Part shown: positions 10,182-19,935 of the stretch, one piece after another
Layout of the letters: every line of letters starts with the position of its first letter
Position numbering within the stretch: the first letter of the stretch is position 1
NCBI GenBank assembly: GCA_900552935.1
Contig: USBN01000004.1
Coordinates: 3,114 to 67,113, forward strand
Length of the DNA: 64,000 bases
Direction: 5' to 3'
From: an uncultured Coriobacteriaceae bacterium
GTDB taxonomy: Bacteria > Actinomycetota > Coriobacteriia > Coriobacteriales > Atopobiaceae
The notes under the pieces: model-generated
Seen by the model: only the letters and a program-made list of their open reading frames with translations
The model's database searches: none
Told to the model about the DNA's origin: nothing
Program-made: the position numbers and the translations under genes

Positions 10182-11963
10182 ATGGGGGAGCCGTCAGACG
10201 GCGCCTGGTGGCAGCATGACGAGCCTGACGTAAACGAGCGTCGGGCGTCCTATCCGCATGCCGGTGCACAGCCCGCGCGACGCGGCTCCGCGCGAGAGCC
10301 CGCCTCGGGAGGCTATGGCGCGCGCCCTTCGCGCCAGCGCAAGGATGGTCGCCGCATCGATCCCACCGAGGGTAGAAGCGCTGCGGCATCGCTTCCCAAC
10401 GCGCGCCGCCGCTCCGTCTCCGGCGAGCGTCCGGGGGAGCGCGGAAGCTACCATCGCTCGGGCCCTGCTCGCCGTAGTGAATATGGCTCGGCGGAGTACT
10501 CGTCCTATGGCCGCTCGACAATTCCCGATGACCGCGCTCCGCGCCCTCGCAGGCGCCCGCAGCAGCAGCGTCCCTTGGGTTGGAGCGCGCAGAACGTTCC
10601 CCAGATGCACAAGACCATCGCGAGCAATGGTGGCTGGGGCTTTAAGTCCCTCAAGCCCAGGCGCTCGGCGGGGCCGAAGTGGGGCTTCATCGCGGCGGGC
10701 GTTCTTGCCGTCGTCCTTCTCGTCCTTATCGTGCGTGGTATTTCCGGATGTGTCGCCGGCCTGGTCAGGCCTCAGGAGGAGCCTGAACCCGCGGCTGCGA
10801 CCACTTCCGTCGCGGCAACGACCGAGCCCGCCTCCGTAGACCCGACGGCTCCCGCGACCAAGGTGCTCGACGCTGGGCGCAGGACCGCAAGCGGCGAGGG
10901 ACGCATGAGCTTCTCTGCCGTGGGGGACAACCTCATCAACGAGAACCTCCTCGAGCTCGCGGATTCCTGGGCGGGCTCCACCGGTGACGGCGAGTATGAC
11001 TTCACGCCCTTCTACCGCGAGGTGAAGCCGTTCATCCAAGACCAGTGCGATGTCTCCTTCGTGAACCAGGAGACGACGCTTGGTGGCACGGACCGCTTCG
11101 ATTACATGGGCTATCCCAGCTACAACACGCCGGACTCCATGGCAGACGCCGTGGCTGACACCGGCTGGCGAATCGTCGCGACCAACTCGAACCACACCTA
11201 TGACACTTGGACGCCCTCGATCGAGCATGCCCAGGAGGTCTGGAACAGCAAGCCGGGCCTCGTCACTATCGGCAGTTATGCGAGCGAGGAGGACCGCGCG
11301 ACAGTCCGCGTCGTCGAGTGCAACGGCATCAAGGTCGCCGCGCTTTCGTATAGCTATGGCCAGAACGGTTACGAGCAGAGTGACCTCCCCAATGACTACT
11401 ATGCCGTTCCCTATGACGCGGATAGGCTCAAGGAGGAGGTTGCTCAGGCGCGCAAGGTGGCGGACGTCGTCCTCGTCTACATGCACTGGGGCGCGGAGTA
11501 CAAGAACGAGCCGAGCGACGAGCAGCGCGAGATGGCGCAGGTGTGCGCCGACGCCGGCGTTGACGTGGTGATTGGCAGCCATGTTCACGTGATTCAGCCG
11601 GTCGAGTGGGTGAGCCGCTCGGATGGCGGCAAGATGCTCTGCGCCTACGGCCTGGGAGACTTCCTCGCCGGCTATGGCGGCAACCCGGATTGCATCATGA
11701 GTGGCATGATCACCTTAGACTTCGTCCGCACGGACGAGGCGGGGGACAACGTCGGGCCCGGTGGCATCGCCGTCGAGAACGTCGTGTGGCACCCGCTTGT
11801 CGAGCACATGGTGGGCGATACTGACGTGGTTCGCTTCGTGAAGGGCTACTCGGACGAGGACGCCCGCGCGAACGAGCTCCTCTCGACCCTCGATGACCCG
11901 CATGCCTGGCTCATAGACAAGACACGCGAGGTCATTGGCGGCGACATCACGATCGACGTGTAG
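10182..11963 (+). CDS. CapA-family metallophosphatase-like membrane protein
   Basis: Disordered N-terminus, one TM helix, then AVGDNL, NQET, NSNHTYD, MHWG, GSHVHVIQP and YGLGDF motifs. The start codon is approximate. Confidence 0.85.
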   Translation: MGEPSDGAWWQHDEPDVNERRASYPHAGAQPARRGSAREPASGGYGARPSRQRKDGRRIDPTEGRSAAASLPNARRRSVSGERPGERGSYHRSGPARRSEYGSAEYSSYGRSTIPDDRAPRPRRRPQQQRPLGWSAQNVPQMHKTIASNGGWGFKSLKPRRSAGPKWGFIAAGVLAVVLLVLIVRGISGCVAGLVRPQEEPEPAAATTSVAATTEPASVDPTAPATKVLDAGRRTASGEGRMSFSAVGDNLINENLLELADSWAGSTGDGEYDFTPFYREVKPFIQDQCDVSFVNQETTLGGTDRFDYMGYPSYNTPDSMADAVADTGWRIVATNSNHTYDTWTPSIEHAQEVWNSKPGLVTIGSYASEEDRATVRVVECNGIKVAALSYSYGQNGYEQSDLPNDYYAVPYDADRLKEEVAQARKVADVVLVYMHWGAEYKNEPSDEQREMAQVCADAGVDVVIGSHVHVIQPVEWVSRSDGGKMLCAYGLGDFLAGYGGNPDCIMSGMITLDFVRTDEAGDNVGPGGIAVENVVWHPLVEHMVGDTDVVRFVKGYSDEDARANELLSTLDDPHAWLIDKTREVIGGDITIDV

Positions 11964-12095
11964 CGGGCTCGATGGCGGGACCGTCGCGTGCGATGTCGCG
12001 CCAGCAAGGCAAAAACCAATCTCCTCCCGTTATCGAAGCGCAACGTTACGGTGGTAGCGTGGCTCGAGGACTATTCGCCACTACGGGAGGCAAGC

Positions 12096-13262
12096 ATGCA
12101 AGAGCTCAGCCAGCGCACGTCGCAGTTCACGGATTCCGTGATTCGCCGCATGACCCGCGTTTCCATGAAGTACGACGCGATCAACCTGTCACAGGGCTTC
12201 CCTGATTTCGATCCCCCTGCGGAAATCACCGACCGCCTTGCCGAGGTCGCCCACAAGGGGCCGCACCAGTACGCCATCACCTGGGGAGCGCCCAACTTCC
12301 GCGCGGCGCTTGCTGCCAAGCAGGGCCCGCGCATGGGCATCGATATCGACCCCGAGACCCAGATCGTCGTCACCTGCGGGTCGACCGAGGCCATGATGTG
12401 CTCCGTCATGACAGTCACCAACCCCGGTGACCGCGTCGTGATTTTCTCGCCGTTCTACGAGAACTACGGAGCGGATACGATCCTGTGCGGCGCCGACCCC
12501 ACGTACGTGGAGCTTCACGCACCCACGTTCACCTTTGACGAGACCGAGCTCGAGGCGGCGTGCGCCGTGCCGGGCACGAAGGCGTTGATCCTGTGCAACC
12601 CGTCTAACCCCTGCGGCCACGTTTTCTTGCGCTCCGAGCTCGAGTTTATTGCCAAGATGGCCGAGAAGTACGACCTCTGGGTCATCACGGACGAGGTCTA
12701 CGAGCACATCGTGTACGCGCCGTACGAGCACATCTACTTTGCGAGCCTGCCGGGCATGGAGAAGCGCACGCTCTCCTGCAGCTCGCTCTCGAAGACCTAC
12801 AGCATGACCGGCTGGCGCCTGGGCTACGTCATCGCGCCGGCAGATGTCATCGACCGTGCGCGCAAGGTGCATGACTTCCTTACCGTGGGCGCCGCGGCTC
12901 CTCTCATGGAGGCGGCCGTTGCGGGCCTCGGGCTGCCGCAGTCCTACTACGACGAGCTCACGGCGCTCTACACCCACAAGCGCGACCTGTTCTGCGACGG
13001 CTTGCGCAGCCTCGGCTTCGACTTCATCGAGCCGCAGGGTGCCTACTACGTCATGGCCGACGTCTCGAGCCTGGGCTACGAGAGTGATTATGACTGCGCG
13101 GTGGACCTCATCAAGAAGGTGGGCGTGGGCACGGTTCCCGCGAGCTGCTTCTACGACGCGCCGGAGAACCGTTTCGTCCGCTTCCACTTTGCCAAGTCCG
13201 ACGAGGTGCTGAAGGCCGCCCTCGATCGTCTCGACGGTTGGCGCGAGAAGATGACGAAGTAG
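12096..13262 (+). CDS. PLP-dependent class I/II aminotransferase
   Basis: INLSQGFPD, NPSNPCG, DEVY and SLSKTYSMTGWRLG motifs; ATG after GGGAGG. Confidence 0.93.
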   Translation: MQELSQRTSQFTDSVIRRMTRVSMKYDAINLSQGFPDFDPPAEITDRLAEVAHKGPHQYAITWGAPNFRAALAAKQGPRMGIDIDPETQIVVTCGSTEAMMCSVMTVTNPGDRVVIFSPFYENYGADTILCGADPTYVELHAPTFTFDETELEAACAVPGTKALILCNPSNPCGHVFLRSELEFIAKMAEKYDLWVITDEVYEHIVYAPYEHIYFASLPGMEKRTLSCSSLSKTYSMTGWRLGYVIAPADVIDRARKVHDFLTVGAAAPLMEAAVAGLGLPQSYYDELTALYTHKRDLFCDGLRSLGFDFIEPQGAYYVMADVSSLGYESDYDCAVDLIKKVGVGTVPASCFYDAPENRFVRFHFAKSDEVLKAALDRLDGWREKMTK

Positions 13263-13535
13263 GAGGCGTGCGAGGACGGCGGGCGGCGCGTGCTGGCGTC
13301 GAGCCGGACGCGTGAGCCGCCGCGCGCCGCCGGGGCGCGGCGGGGCCGCGCGGAAATGCGTGTCCGTGCGGCATAGTTGTAGGTAGATGGATTCTTCAAT
13401 GCAGCTATTTGGAGGGTCGGCCGATTTGTTTCGGTCGGCCCTCCTGCCGTTTGCGGAGAAATGCTGACCGCTCACGGTGTTTAACGGCCTTCGACCCTTG
13501 AACTCAAGGCTTTGCAACTAATAATTCAAACCAGC

Positions 13536-13571
13536 AATTCGAATATAAGAACTAATTCGAATATACGAACA
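13536..13571. promoter_or_regulatory. Tandem quasi-palindromic operator pair, putative IclR sites
   Basis: AATTCGAATATAAGAACT followed directly by AATTCGAATATACGAACA, just upstream of the RBS of the first gene of the cluster. Confidence 0.65.
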
Positions 13572-13594
13572 ATAGTTAACGGACGGGAGGATGA

Positions 13595-13864
13595 ATGAAC
13601 GCGCTGATTGTTGAGGACGTCGACAACGTTGCGGTTGCTACAGCCGCGGTTGCTGACGGGGAGAACGTTCATTTCGTTCGTCATGACGGAACCGAGTCCG
13701 AGTTTCCTTGCGTAGGTGGCGTGCCTATCTACCACAAGGTCGCAGTTCGCGATATCGAGGCTGGCGAAGACATCGTTAAGTACGGAGAGGTAATCGGTCG
13801 TGCCGCTGTGGATATCGCTCGCGGCTCTCACGTACACACGCACAACGTGCAGGATTTAAGCTAG
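13595..13864 (+). CDS. UxaA/GarD-family dehydratase small (SAF-domain) subunit
   Basis: DNVAVA, HKVA, IVKYGEVIG and GSHVHTHNV motifs. Confidence 0.9.
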   Translation: MNALIVEDVDNVAVATAAVADGENVHFVRHDGTESEFPCVGGVPIYHKVAVRDIEAGEDIVKYGEVIGRAAVDIARGSHVHTHNVQDLS

Positions 13865-13877
13865 GGAGGGCGAAAAC

Positions 13878-15038
13878 ATGGAGTTTATGGGATGGAAGCG
13901 ATCTGACGGTAGGGTCGGTGTCCGCAACCACGTTCTTGTTCTTCCTGCGAGTGTTTGTGCATCCGATACCGCAGACATGATTAGCCGCCGCGTTTCAGGA
14001 ACCGTCTCCTTCCACAACCAGAATGGTTGTTCACAGGTTCCCAGTGACCAGCAGCTCACGATGGATATCATGGCGGGCTATGCAGCCAATCCCAACGTCT
14101 GGGGCACGCTCGTTGTCTCGCTGGGTTGCGAGAACTGCCAGATGGACCTCGTGGTTGAGGCGATTCGCGCACGAACCGATAAGCCTGTTGAGCAGCTCAT
14201 CATTCAGGGGGCGGGCGGAACGCTCAAGGCGGTAGAGCAGGGCGTGCGCATGGCTCGAGAAATGGTGGAGAGAGCTTCTCGAGAGGTCCGTGTTCCTTGT
14301 GACCTTTCTAGCATCATCCTAGGTACTGAGTGCGGCGGCTCTGATCCGACGAGCGGTCTTGCTGCAAACCCGCTTGTTGGCATGGTGTCTGATTGGCTTG
14401 TCGAGCGAGGAGCGACCTCGATTCTTTCTGAGACCCCCGAGCTCATCGGCGCCGAACATATTCTTGCTCGACGTGCTGCCTCCGAAGAGGTTGGCCGGCA
14501 GATCTACGACATCATCTACCGCTATGAAGAGGCCATGGCGCGTGTGGGGGAGAAGATTCGCGAGGGTAACCCCAGTCCCGGTAACAAGGCCGGCGGCATC
14601 ACAACGCTTGAGGAAAAGTCGCTTGGCTGCATCCATAAGAGCGGTCATTCGACGATTCAGGCTGTGTATGACTACGCCAAACAAGTGGATAAGAGCGGAC
14701 TTGTGGTTATGGATACCCCGGGAAACGACCCTTCGTCCGTTGCAGGTATGGTTGCCGGCGGAGCCCAGGTCGTCATCTTCACTACGGGGCGCGGCACGCC
14801 AACGGGACACCCCATTGCTCCTGTGATTAAGCTCACGGGAAATCGCGAGACATACGCAAGGATGGCCGACAACATCGACATCGATGCTAGTCCGCTGATT
14901 TATCAACCCAAAGATAAGGACGCGCTTCTTGAGCATGCCGTGCAGGTGGTGCTTGACACGATTAACGGTGTTCCAACTCGGGCAGAGTCGTACGGCTTTG
15001 TTGAAACGGCAATTGCGCGTGTTTGCAACTACGTATAA
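13878..15038 (+). CDS. UxaA/GarD-family dehydratase large subunit
   Basis: GRVGVRNH, LGCE, ECGGSD, NPSPGNKAGGITTLEEKSLG and FTTGRG motifs. Confidence 0.92.
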   Translation: MEFMGWKRSDGRVGVRNHVLVLPASVCASDTADMISRRVSGTVSFHNQNGCSQVPSDQQLTMDIMAGYAANPNVWGTLVVSLGCENCQMDLVVEAIRARTDKPVEQLIIQGAGGTLKAVEQGVRMAREMVERASREVRVPCDLSSIILGTECGGSDPTSGLAANPLVGMVSDWLVERGATSILSETPELIGAEHILARRAASEEVGRQIYDIIYRYEEAMARVGEKIREGNPSPGNKAGGITTLEEKSLGCIHKSGHSTIQAVYDYAKQVDKSGLVVMDTPGNDPSSVAGMVAGGAQVVIFTTGRGTPTGHPIAPVIKLTGNRETYARMADNIDIDASPLIYQPKDKDALLEHAVQVVLDTINGVPTRAESYGFVETAIARVCNYV

Positions 15039-15119
15039 CTCGTTGGCCATCGCCTGGCCTTGTGCCGGGTCGAGTGGCGGCGGGCGGGAAAAGAAAGAGA
15101 CGAAAAGGGGGGTCAAAGC

Positions 15120-16013
15120 GTGAAGGCAGAGTACATCACACCGGCTATCTGCGCCTTTGACGATGAGGGCAATGTTGATTACGACGGTTGCGCCCGCATT
15201 ATCGATCGCGTTGTAAGTGCTGGCATCGACGGCGTTGTGCTGAACGGCAGTAACGGTGAGTTCTTCCACCTCACAGACGAGGAGCGGTGTCGGCTGGTGG
15301 ACGCCGCGGTAGAGGTGATCGACCACCGCGCCAAGCTTTATGTGGGTACAGGGAGCATGAGCCAGGAACAGACAATTAAGCTCACGCGCTATGCACATGA
15401 GGCCGGCGCTGATGCCGCACTTGTCGTCCCCCCGTTCTATTTCAAGCTTGCCGAACAGAGCATGGAGGAGTTCTTTAGTGCGGTCGCTTCCTCCAGTGAC
15501 GGGGACATCCTGCTTTATAACTTCCCTTCGCTTACGGGGAATGACGTTACGCCGGAGCTCACGGCTCGCCTTGTGGGTAAGCACGAGAACATTGTGGGCT
15601 ACAAGGACACCGTGGTCGACGTCGCCCACACCCGGAGAGTCATCGACGCGGTGTCACCGATTCGATCTGAGTTCCTCGCTTATTCCGGTTTTGACGAGAA
15701 TCTTGCGCACAACATTCTGGCCGGTGGAGCCGGAACCATCGGGGCCTTGTCGAACCTTGTTCCCGAAACTTGTGTCGCCTGGGCAGCCTCTATTAACGCG
15801 GGGGACTGGAGCGAAGTTGCTCGTTACCAGCGAATCATTGACAGGCTCATGGCTCTCTACGACATCTCTCAGCCGTTTATGAGCACGTTCCGCTATGCGC
15901 TGCATCTCGTTGGGTTCGACATGAGCGAAAACTGTCGCGCTCCATTCCTTGCTATTGATGAGGAACAGAAGGCAAAGACCAGGGCCCTGCTTGAGTCTCT
16001 GGAAATTATCTAA
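15120..16013 (+). CDS. DHDPS/NAL-family aldolase (2-keto-3-deoxy sugar-acid aldolase-like)
   Basis: GSNGEF, LLYNFP and VGYKDT (Schiff-base Lys) motifs; GTG start. Confidence 0.88.
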   Translation: MKAEYITPAICAFDDEGNVDYDGCARIIDRVVSAGIDGVVLNGSNGEFFHLTDEERCRLVDAAVEVIDHRAKLYVGTGSMSQEQTIKLTRYAHEAGADAALVVPPFYFKLAEQSMEEFFSAVASSSDGDILLYNFPSLTGNDVTPELTARLVGKHENIVGYKDTVVDVAHTRRVIDAVSPIRSEFLAYSGFDENLAHNILAGGAGTIGALSNLVPETCVAWAASINAGDWSEVARYQRIIDRLMALYDISQPFMSTFRYALHLVGFDMSENCRAPFLAIDEEQKAKTRALLESLEII

Positions 16014-16031
16014 GAGGAGAAGGGAAATACC

Positions 16032-16757
16032 ATGTCTGCAAACATCGATCTGCTCAACAAGCTCGTCCACGAGGATTTCGAGATCGTCGACCTTACCCAT
16101 GATCTTGAGGAGGGCATTCCAAGCTGTGGCACGCATGCTCGCTTCGGACGAATCCTCCACGAGTCCATCGAGTGGGGCGATCAGTTCACTCACGCCGCGC
16201 TTGTCTTGGGCGAGCACACGGGCACCCACATGGACTCGCCGAACCACCACATTCCCAACTGCGATCACACGATTGATAAGATCGACCTCCCGCGCCTGTT
16301 TGGTCGCGGCGTTTGGATTGAGTGCGATGGCGCTGAGGCAAACAGCCAGATCGGCATTGAAGCCATCAAGGACTGGGAGGAGGCCAACGGCCCCATTCGG
16401 GAGGGCGATTTTGTCTTCTTCCACACTGGCTGGGATAAGTTCTGGGGTGTTCACCCTGAGTGCCGCCCGTTCGAGCACGACTGGCCTGGCATTGATCGCG
16501 AGTGCGCCGAGTATCTGCGCGACCGCGGCGTCGTGACCGTAGGTACGGACACCCTGGCGCTCGACTACGCTCCCGCCCCGCTTGACCAGTGTGACGCGCA
16601 TGACGTTATTCTTGGCGCCGGCATGACGATTATCGAGGGCCTCGCCAACCTTACGCAGCTTCCGCCAGTGTTCTATGTCGTTGCTCTGCCCATGAAGGTC
16701 AAGAATGGTTCCGGCTCCACCACGCGCGTTCTCGCGCTTGTTGATAAGAACGCCTAG
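16032..16757 (+). CDS. Cyclase-family (kynurenine formamidase-like) metal hydrolase
   Basis: HTGTHMDSPNH signature, plus VGTDT and IIEGLANL. Confidence 0.9.
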   Translation: MSANIDLLNKLVHEDFEIVDLTHDLEEGIPSCGTHARFGRILHESIEWGDQFTHAALVLGEHTGTHMDSPNHHIPNCDHTIDKIDLPRLFGRGVWIECDGAEANSQIGIEAIKDWEEANGPIREGDFVFFHTGWDKFWGVHPECRPFEHDWPGIDRECAEYLRDRGVVTVGTDTLALDYAPAPLDQCDAHDVILGAGMTIIEGLANLTQLPPVFYVVALPMKVKNGSGSTTRVLALVDKNA

Positions 16758-16767
16758 GAGGAAGCAA

Positions 16768-17895
16768 ATGGCTGACAACCAGTCCAAGGAGAAGAATGCG
16801 GCGCTTCGCGCGGTTGATGCCGTCTGCGATTTGCTGAGCTCGTTCTTCCTTCCGTTCATTGGCCTGCTCGCCGCCGCGGGCATCATGAAGGGCATTGTTG
16901 CCCTCCTCGCCACTACGGGCGCCATTGTCGAAGGCAGCGAGACGTATGCAGTTGTTAACGCGATGGGTGACGCCCTGTTCTACTTCATTCCCGCGTTCCT
17001 GGCGCTCACTTCGGCAGAACGCTTCGGGGTTAACAAGTTCGTGGCTCTTCTTGCGGCGTGCATCCTGCTTCATCCCGACGTGACTGCCGTCATGGGCGCC
17101 GGGAATGACTTCGCACTCTTTGGCGTGCTGCCGGTGAAGGCGGTTACGTACTCGTCCTCGGTTATCCCGATTCTTCTTACGGTGTATCTGCTCAAGTGGT
17201 GTCAGGTGCTTTGTCAGAAGATCCTTCCCGAGATGGTGCGCGACCTCCTGACCCCGCCCGTATGCCTCATCATCGCTATTCCTATTTCGCTTATGGTGTT
17301 CGGACCCTTGGGTACCGTCATTGGCTCTTGGCTTGCCGCTGGATACGAGGCCATCTATAGCCTGTCTCCGATCGTGGCCGGACTAGTTATCGGTGCGTTC
17401 TTCCAAGTCATGGTTATTTTTGGCTTCAACTGGGGCATCTTCCCCATCATGCTGAACAATATTGCCGTGTTTGGCTTTGACACGATTCTCCCCATGATGG
17501 GCGGCTCCACATTTGCCCAGGGCGGTGCTGCGCTAGCGGTGGCCCTGCGTACCAAGAACAAGAAGCTTCGCACTACTGCCATTTCCGCTGTCGTCGCGAC
17601 CATGTTTGGCATTACCGAGCCCGCTGTTTACGGAGTGAACCTTCGCCTCAAGAAGCCGATGGTTTGCGCTTGCGTGGGAGGTGCCGTGGGTGGCGCCATT
17701 GCGGGTGCGTTTGGTGTCCAGGCGTCTGGCTTCGCGTTCCCGGCTCTGACGACCCTTCCCGTTTTCTGGAACGTTGCGTTCCCGGCCTTCCTCGTCTCGC
17801 TCGGTGTGAGCTTCGTGGTGGGCTTCGTCCTTACGGCTATTGTCGGCTTCGAGGATGTTGCGGACGAGGACCTTACGGAGGCTGACGCCGAGTAG
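16768..17895 (+). CDS. Stand-alone PTS EIIC (beta-glucoside/sucrose-type) without EIIB or EIIA domains
   Basis: Multi-TM protein with YSSSVIP and FGITEPAVYGVNL; begins directly at the EIIC domain and ends shortly after the last TM helix. Confidence 0.85.
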   Translation: MADNQSKEKNAALRAVDAVCDLLSSFFLPFIGLLAAAGIMKGIVALLATTGAIVEGSETYAVVNAMGDALFYFIPAFLALTSAERFGVNKFVALLAACILLHPDVTAVMGAGNDFALFGVLPVKAVTYSSSVIPILLTVYLLKWCQVLCQKILPEMVRDLLTPPVCLIIAIPISLMVFGPLGTVIGSWLAAGYEAIYSLSPIVAGLVIGAFFQVMVIFGFNWGIFPIMLNNIAVFGFDTILPMMGGSTFAQGGAALAVALRTKNKKLRTTAISAVVATMFGITEPAVYGVNLRLKKPMVCACVGGAVGGAIAGAFGVQASGFAFPALTTLPVFWNVAFPAFLVSLGVSFVVGFVLTAIVGFEDVADEDLTEADAE

Positions 17896-18012
17896 AAAGC
17901 TCGGTTCGTTAATTAAGTCTGCACTTTGGAAGTGATTCGCGAATACAATCGGGGGAGCGGCTCTTCAGGAAGCTGCTCCCCTTGCGGCTAAGAATTAAAA
18001 GGATGGGCTTCA

Positions 18013-18822
18013 ATGAGAAACGAGAGTTCGACGGCCGTTGACCAGCAGCCAGACCATCGCCCGACTCTGCGCGTTCTTGAGGTTCTAGAAGTTCTAGCTC
18101 AACATCCAGAGGGCTCTACGCTTACGGATCTATCACAGGCAGCCGGGATTTCCAAAAGCACCATGGTCCCTATTCTCCGTACTATGGAGCGACATAATTT
18201 CATCGCGATGGATCCCGTGGATAAGAGCTACACCGTGGGAATTAAAGCGTTTTCGGTGGGCTCGTCATTTGTTGAGAAGGTTCCCGTTGTTGCGATGCTG
18301 CGTGCGGAGATGGAACACGCCGTGAGCGTGTGCCAAGAGACGTGTCAGCTCGGCGTTCTTGACGGACCAGATGTCCTCTATATAGCCAAGGTTGATTCGA
18401 CCCAGTCGATTCGCCTGATCTCGTCAATTGGTAAGCGTATTCCTGCATATTGCACCGCGTTGGGAAAGGCCTTGTTGAGCGAAATGCCCGCGGAGGCCAT
18501 TGCCGAGTTGTTCCCCGAGCCGCTCGATGCGTTTACCTCGCACACATTGGACTCTGTCGACGAGGTTGTTTCGCAGATCGCGGCGCAGAGAGAGACGGGG
18601 ATTTTCCGCGAGAACGAGGAGTCTAGCGAGAACGTGATTTGTTTCTCGGTTCCGTTGCGTCGTGCGGATGAGATCGTTGCCGCCGTAAGTATCTCGGTGC
18701 TTAAGTTCAGGCTTACTGCCGAGAAGGAGCGCGAGGTTATTGAATGCCTAAACTCCCTTCGTGAGAATGCCGAGCGACTGCTTGAGACTTATCCCGAGAG
18801 CAGCAGCCTAATTCTTAACTAA
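18013..18822 (+). CDS. IclR-family transcriptional regulator
   Basis: N-terminal HTH; IGKRIPAYCTALGKALL effector-domain motif. Confidence 0.93.
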   Translation: MRNESSTAVDQQPDHRPTLRVLEVLEVLAQHPEGSTLTDLSQAAGISKSTMVPILRTMERHNFIAMDPVDKSYTVGIKAFSVGSSFVEKVPVVAMLRAEMEHAVSVCQETCQLGVLDGPDVLYIAKVDSTQSIRLISSIGKRIPAYCTALGKALLSEMPAEAIAELFPEPLDAFTSHTLDSVDEVVSQIAAQRETGIFRENEESSENVICFSVPLRRADEIVAAVSISVLKFRLTAEKEREVIECLNSLRENAERLLETYPESSSLILN

Positions 18823-19025
18823 GCAGCGTGCCAGGATCTCCCACCCTTGTCCCCTTGCAGCCATTCGCCGATTTGCAAAAACGGGTCATTTACCTGCACA
18901 TACGCAACGTAACGTATCGTTTACAGAAATGGCCCTTGCTTCTGCGCGGGGGATGCGCGTATAGTCACCGGCAACGCGCAAGAGCGCATCGAATCGAAGT
19001 CGAGAGAGCAGAGAGGAGTGCCAAC

Positions 19026-19088
19026 ATGTTCAAGTCCCAGAACAACAACTGGTGGTGGCGCAACTCGATCTCTCTCGGTCGATGGTGA
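19026..19088 (+). CDS. Tryptophan attenuator leader peptide MFKSQNNNWWWRNSISLGRW (trpL-like)
   Basis: GAGGAG RBS, three consecutive TGG codons (19050-19058), upstream of a terminator and a TrpP-like gene. Confidence 0.85.
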   Translation: MFKSQNNNWWWRNSISLGRW

Positions 19089-19118
19089 GTCTTGTCGCGC
19101 CATATTTTTTGCGATTAG

Positions 19119-19149
19119 AAGGGCTCCCGGGCGACCGGGGGCCCTTTTT
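19119..19149 (+). terminator. Attenuator terminator of the trpP leader
   Basis: AAGGGCTCCCGG-GCGA-CCGGGGGCCCTT followed by TTT, in the 5' leader of the transporter gene. Confidence 0.85.
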
Positions 19150-19237
19150 CGTATCGCGGCAACAGTCCGCAAAACACAAGCCATAGCAAGTCAAACAATC
19201 CCGACGAGCAACCGGGAACAAAGGAAGGAATCCAAAA

Positions 19238-19807
19238 ATGTCCGAGAACACCCAGCAGGCCCGCACCGTCTCCGCCAAGTCCACCGACGCCCTCGACCTC
19301 AAAGCTCTCGTCCTGCTCGCCATCCTGCTCGCCGCCGGCTTCATCCTGAACTTCACCCTCGGCAAGGCTATCTCCACGATGTCGGGCGGCATGATTTCTC
19401 CCGAGTTCATCATCTCGGCCTTCTGCATCACGATCCTCGTCGTCCGCCCGAACATCCCCCAGGCGCTCGTCATCGGCCTCATCTCCGCCGCCGTGATCCA
19501 GCTCACCACGACCTCGCCCTTCATTGACTTCGCTGCCGAGGGTATCTCCGCCATGCTCATGGCCGGCATCGTGTCCGCCGCCGCTAAGAAGGGCTCCGTC
19601 AGCCCGGTTGCCGCCGCCGTCGCCACCTTCGTGACCACCGCGGTCTCCGGCGTCATCTTCATGGTCATCAAGATCGCGATGGTCGGCGCCGCCGAGCAGC
19701 TCGCCGCCGCGATGCTCCCCGTCATCATGCTCACTGCCGTCTTCAACGCAATCCTCGTTGCTGCGCTCTACATCCCCATCAAGAAGGCCCTCAAGCTCAA
19801 CGACTAG
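19238..19807 (+). CDS. trpP: TrpP-like tryptophan transporter (ECF S component)
   Basis: 189-aa multi-TM protein resembling B. subtilis TrpP (GGMISPEF...ALVIGLISAAVIQLTT); Trp leader upstream, ECF A and T genes downstream. Confidence 0.75.
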   Translation: MSENTQQARTVSAKSTDALDLKALVLLAILLAAGFILNFTLGKAISTMSGGMISPEFIISAFCITILVVRPNIPQALVIGLISAAVIQLTTTSPFIDFAAEGISAMLMAGIVSAAAKKGSVSPVAAAVATFVTTAVSGVIFMVIKIAMVGAAEQLAAAMLPVIMLTAVFNAILVAALYIPIKKALKLND

Positions 19808-19935
19808 CCTCCCGGCTCCGGGCGCCGCTTGCGCCCTCCGCCAGACACGACTCGGAAAGCGTTACCCCGCCGACGCCACCTCGACTCAGCACGCCGGCAC
19901 CACCTCACGCAAAGCTCGCCCGAAGGGATTCCACC

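Noticed and set aside
12049..12062. T-box-like GGTGGTAGCGTGG
   Set aside because: No room for Stem I or a specifier loop, and no terminator.
16032..16757. Cyclase gene as a kynurenine formamidase linked to the neighbouring Trp transporter
   Set aside because: No kynA or kynU nearby; it sits inside the sugar-acid operon, while the transporter has its own promoter and leader.
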